Under the pieces are notes generated by a model. It had not been told where the DNA came from. It searched no databases and saw only the letters and a program-made list of their open reading frames with translations. A stretch of 64,000 nt of DNA from an uncultured Actinomycetota bacterium (GTDB lineage: Bacteria > Actinomycetota > Actinomycetes > JAHEKZ01), in the NCBI GenBank assembly GCA_963829525.1, contig CAWHIJ010000003.1:576001-640000 (forward strand). The letters are read 5' to 3'. Shown piece by piece: positions 60,957 to 64,000 of the stretch. The stretch's first letter is position 1. Each line of letters starts with the position of its first letter. The position numbers were made by a program, and so were the translations under genes.

Positions 60957-61076
60957 GATTCTCAACTCCATAAACTTTCTCTTCGATTCGAGGCCTGGTT
61001 GGCCCCGATGACTTAAATACTAAGGCACCGACCCAGTACTGTCCAACGAATATGAGCCAACAAAGGGGTTAACACC

Positions 61077-61625
61077 TTGCGAACGGAGAATAATCCCGGA
61101 TCCGCTGCCAGTCCGGTGGCGACCGGGAGCATCCCGGCTTTGGGCAGGGGCCCGCGCCGCAGGGATGCCCTCGACACGGTCGACCGGACGATCATCTCTG
61201 CGCTCCGGGCCAACGCCCGGATCCCCTATGCCGACCTGGCACGGCTCGTGGGACTGTCAGGGCCGAGCGTCGCCGATCGCGTCAAGCGCTTGGAGCAGCT
61301 CGGAGTGATCACCGGGTACCACGCGGCGCTGGCTCCGGAGGCCCTCGGACTGGGAGTGGTCGCGATCGTCGGGATCGAGCAATCTGATGACGGCGATCAA
61401 GACGAGATTGCCGAGCACCTCTCACTGCTGGAGGAGATCGAGGACTGCTGGTTCGTCGCCGGCGACGAGTCCTTCATTCTCAAGGTCCGGGTAGCCGACA
61501 TCGACTCGCTCGAGAAGTCGCTCGGACGCCTGCGCAAGATCCCCGGCATCTCGCGCACCCACACCACCGTCGTACTCTCGACCCGGTTCGAAGGACGGGC
61601 AGCCTTGCCCCTCGAAGGAGTGTGA
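61077..61625 (+). CDS. Lrp/AsnC family transcriptional regulator
   Basis: LDTVDRTII, YADLARLVGLS, RVKRLE, GVITGY, CWFVAG, TTVVLS; start uncertain. Confidence 0.92.
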   Translation: MRTENNPGSAASPVATGSIPALGRGPRRRDALDTVDRTIISALRANARIPYADLARLVGLSGPSVADRVKRLEQLGVITGYHAALAPEALGLGVVAIVGIEQSDDGDQDEIAEHLSLLEEIEDCWFVAGDESFILKVRVADIDSLEKSLGRLRKIPGISRTHTTVVLSTRFEGRAALPLEGV

Positions 61626-61993
61626 TGGAGAGCCAGACCCCGGCAGACGGTCCAGCACCGACGCCCGATCTCCCCGAGCCGACCGAGGGTGACCCATGGA
61701 CGGCTCGGCACCCGGTTGCGACCTACTCGCTGGGCCGGGTTGTGCTCTTTGTCGTCCCCTTCGCAGTGCTCTACTTCCTGGCCGACATCCTGACCGCGGT
61801 GCTGGTGGCCTTCCTCATCTCGGCAGTCGCGAGCATCTTCCTGCTACGCAAGCAGCGTGCAGCACTTTCAACCTCGATCGCCACACGGGCTGAGCGGGCG
61901 AACCAGAAGATGGCTGCGCGTGCCGCGGCTGAGGATGACTGGGATGACGCACAGCGCGGTGAAGCCGATGGTTCAGACAGCCGCGCGGACTGA
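61622..61993 (+). CDS. DUF4229-like membrane protein
   Basis: YSLGRVVLF, two TM helices, acidic tail; typical menA neighbour. Confidence 0.7.
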   Translation: MMESQTPADGPAPTPDLPEPTEGDPWTARHPVATYSLGRVVLFVVPFAVLYFLADILTAVLVAFLISAVASIFLLRKQRAALSTSIATRAERANQKMAARAAAEDDWDDAQRGEADGSDSRAD

Positions 61994-63226
61994 CTGCTCG
62001 ACAAGCGGCTCGGCCAGCGGCCGCTCGTCGAGCCGCTTGAGCGTCGGTGCCACCGACGCCAGGATTGCCAGCAGCACCGCGGCCCCGGCAAACACCCCCA
62101 GCGCAGCTGGAACGCCGAACGTCTCGACGAGGATTCCTGCCAGAACATATCCGATCGGGTAGATGCCGTAGGCGAGGGCCGTCACCACTCCCATCGCCCG
62201 TCCCCGCATGGTCTCTGGCGTCCGCCGCTGCAGGGCCAGGTTGATGATGGGGTTCATCGGCCCCAGCAGAATGCCGCCAGCAAAGCCGGCAGCGATCATG
62301 ACGCCGGTCTCGGGCCAGATCGCGAAGACCACGAGCGACAACGCCGCCCCCCAGAGAGCGACGGCAAAGGTGCCGCGAGGGTGGGAGTGGTGACCGAACG
62401 AGCTGTACAGCAGGGCCCCAATCACACCGCCGAAGCTGAAGGCCATGACGATCGCCCCGAGGCCGACGGGATTGTCCTCCGCCTGGTAGATCACTGGAAG
62501 AACGATGCCGATGACCGGGTAGGCGATACCGACGACGCCGGTCGACAGGAGCACGACGGTGCGCAGTGGTGCGTCCCCGAATACCAGTTTGAGTCCGTCC
62601 AGAGTGCCCGACCAGAAATAGGGGCGATCGTCGTAGTGGGGCCGTCCGGCGCCCGGCACATGGACGAAGGCCAGCAGCACCGCCGAGGCCACGAAGGCGA
62701 CCGTCATGGCCCAGAAGGCGGACTCGACTCCGATCGTGGCAATCAGGCCAGCACCGACAGCAGGGCCGACGAGGAACGCCAGCCCCCACACCGCTTCGTG
62801 GATGCCGTTGACGCGCTCGAGGCGCATCCCGGTTGCGCGCGAGACGCCGGTGAGCATTGACTCGCGAGCGGTGACGCCCGCCGGGTCGAAGACAGCGCCG
62901 AGGACAGCGAGGACAAGCACCCACGTGAAGGTGAGCCCTGTCGTCAGCGCGACGATGGGGATCGCGGCGACGGCGACAGCCGACATCAGGTCGCTGAAGA
63001 CCGACGTGCGCCGGCGTCCCACGGTATCGACGATGGTGCCGGAGAAGAGCGACGCAAAGAGAGTGGGGACGCCGCTGACGAGGGCGACCAGACCTGCCGC
63101 GTCAGCACGGCCGGTCAGATCGAGGACGAGCCATGGCAGGGCAACCATGGAGACGCCGTTAGCGAGACCGGCCAGCAGCGTCGACCCCTCGAGGGCGACG
63201 AAGGGCATGATGCGGGCGCGCGTCAT
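61973..63226 (-). CDS. MFS transporter (Tap/DHA3-like efflux)
   Basis: VALPWLVL, GTIVDTVGRR, QRRTPETMRGR; about 12 TM. Confidence 0.88.
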   Translation of the reverse strand: MTRARIMPFVALEGSTLLAGLANGVSMVALPWLVLDLTGRADAAGLVALVSGVPTLFASLFSGTIVDTVGRRRTSVFSDLMSAVAVAAIPIVALTTGLTFTWVLVLAVLGAVFDPAGVTARESMLTGVSRATGMRLERVNGIHEAVWGLAFLVGPAVGAGLIATIGVESAFWAMTVAFVASAVLLAFVHVPGAGRPHYDDRPYFWSGTLDGLKLVFGDAPLRTVVLLSTGVVGIAYPVIGIVLPVIYQAEDNPVGLGAIVMAFSFGGVIGALLYSSFGHHSHPRGTFAVALWGAALSLVVFAIWPETGVMIAAGFAGGILLGPMNPIINLALQRRTPETMRGRAMGVVTALAYGIYPIGYVLAGILVETFGVPAALGVFAGAAVLLAILASVAPTLKRLDERPLAEPLVEQSVRAAV

Positions 63227-63789
63227 GGCGAGCTCGTCGGAGGGGTGGCGATGCCGTGCACGATGGTCGTCATGACGAGGCGTGGGGCGTCCTGGAGCCA
63301 GATACGTCCCTCGTCTGCGGTGTCCCAGGCGGTCAGGATGGCGCCGGCGTAGGCGTCGACTACCCACTTGACCGGAAGGTCGTCGCGGAGCGTGCCATCG
63401 GCTTGGCCGCGCTCGATTGCCTGCGCGACCGGTTCGAGGGCTTCGTACCAGCGGCGGATGAGATCGCGGGCGTTGTAGACCTCGGGCTCTGCGTGCAGGA
63501 AGGACAGGCTCGGCCCGAGCGGGACGACGGTGTCGGTGACCCGCTGAAGGGCGTCGACGACCGGACCCTGGTCGGGGTGTGCACTGGCGATGGCGTCGGC
63601 CACGCGGTCAAGGGCGTCCTCGACGAGGGCACGAATGAGCAGCTCGCGGGTGGGGAAGTAGCGGTGAAGCGTCGTGCGTCCGACCCCGGCGGTGGTGGCG
63701 ACCTCGGAGAGGGACGCCGAGCTGTCCTTGCTGAGCACGACGACAGCGGCGTCGAGCAGCGAACGACGGGTGCGGTCGGGGCGTCCCAT
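63223..63789 (-). CDS. TetR/AcrR family regulator
   Basis: SLSEVATTAGVGRTTLHRYFPTRELL; coupled to the MFS gene. Confidence 0.92.
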   Translation of the reverse strand: MGRPDRTRRSLLDAAVVVLSKDSSASLSEVATTAGVGRTTLHRYFPTRELLIRALVEDALDRVADAIASAHPDQGPVVDALQRVTDTVVPLGPSLSFLHAEPEVYNARDLIRRWYEALEPVAQAIERGQADGTLRDDLPVKWVVDAYAGAILTAWDTADEGRIWLQDAPRLVMTTIVHGIATPPTSSP

Positions 63790-63813
63790 TGTTCTCTCCG
63801 GGGTTCGGTCCGC

Positions 63814-63855
63814 ATGGGACACTGAGGTTCCGTAATGGAACATTGATGCTCCATA
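63814..63855. promoter_or_regulatory. Two tandem 21-bp imperfect palindromes, putative TetR operators
   Basis: ATGGGACACTGAGGTTCCGTA and ATGGAACATTGATGCTCCATA abutting, upstream of tetR. Confidence 0.65.
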
Positions 63856-63903
63856 ATACGGGAGTGCAGCAACAACGTCCACTCGATCCCCAGAGGGGGT
63901 GCG

Positions 63904-64000
63904 TCAGGTGAGCGCGAGACCGAGGCCGAGAGTGAGGCCGTAGCCGAGCTGGATCACGCCGGTTGTCTGCAGCACAGGGATCAAGTCACGCCCTGAAGCA
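63904..64000 (-). CDS. menA: C-terminal fragment of 1,4-dihydroxy-2-naphthoate prenyltransferase
   Basis: ASGRDLIPVLQTTGVIQLGYGLTLGLGLALT-stop; synteny after the ccs genes. Confidence 0.7.
   Translation of the reverse strand, partial: ASGRDLIPVLQTTGVIQLGYGLTLGLGLALT

Overview
A GC-rich (about 65%, judged by eye) actinobacterial chromosome segment following the conserved Actinomycetota backbone: panC-coaX-lysS-lsr2-clpC-mutY-disA-radA, ppx, proC, the bS22 region, rex-hemA-hemC-hemD-hemB-hemL, the cytochrome c maturation system II genes (resA/ccdA/resB/ccsA) and the 3' end of menA. Accessory insertions: a cheB-cheR(TPR)-cheW trio with no receptor or CheA in the window and an apparently degenerate CheB receiver domain; a DUF222-HNH (13E12-type) endonuclease under a PafBC-like promoter directly upstream of radA; an isolated tadE/tadG pair; Trk and MacAB-like transporters; an ABC exporter bracketed by two toxin-antitoxin modules; and a 44-aa ORF with a structured C-rich trailer opposite an Lrp regulator. 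Several regulatory motifs are readable by eye (PafBC, SigR/SigH, ClgR, Rex, TA and TetR operators, BldM-like boxes). Two apparent single-base frameshifts may be assembly errors. No rRNA, tRNA, CRISPR array, integrase or transposase was seen. All calls rest on motif recognition and synteny; no database search was run.
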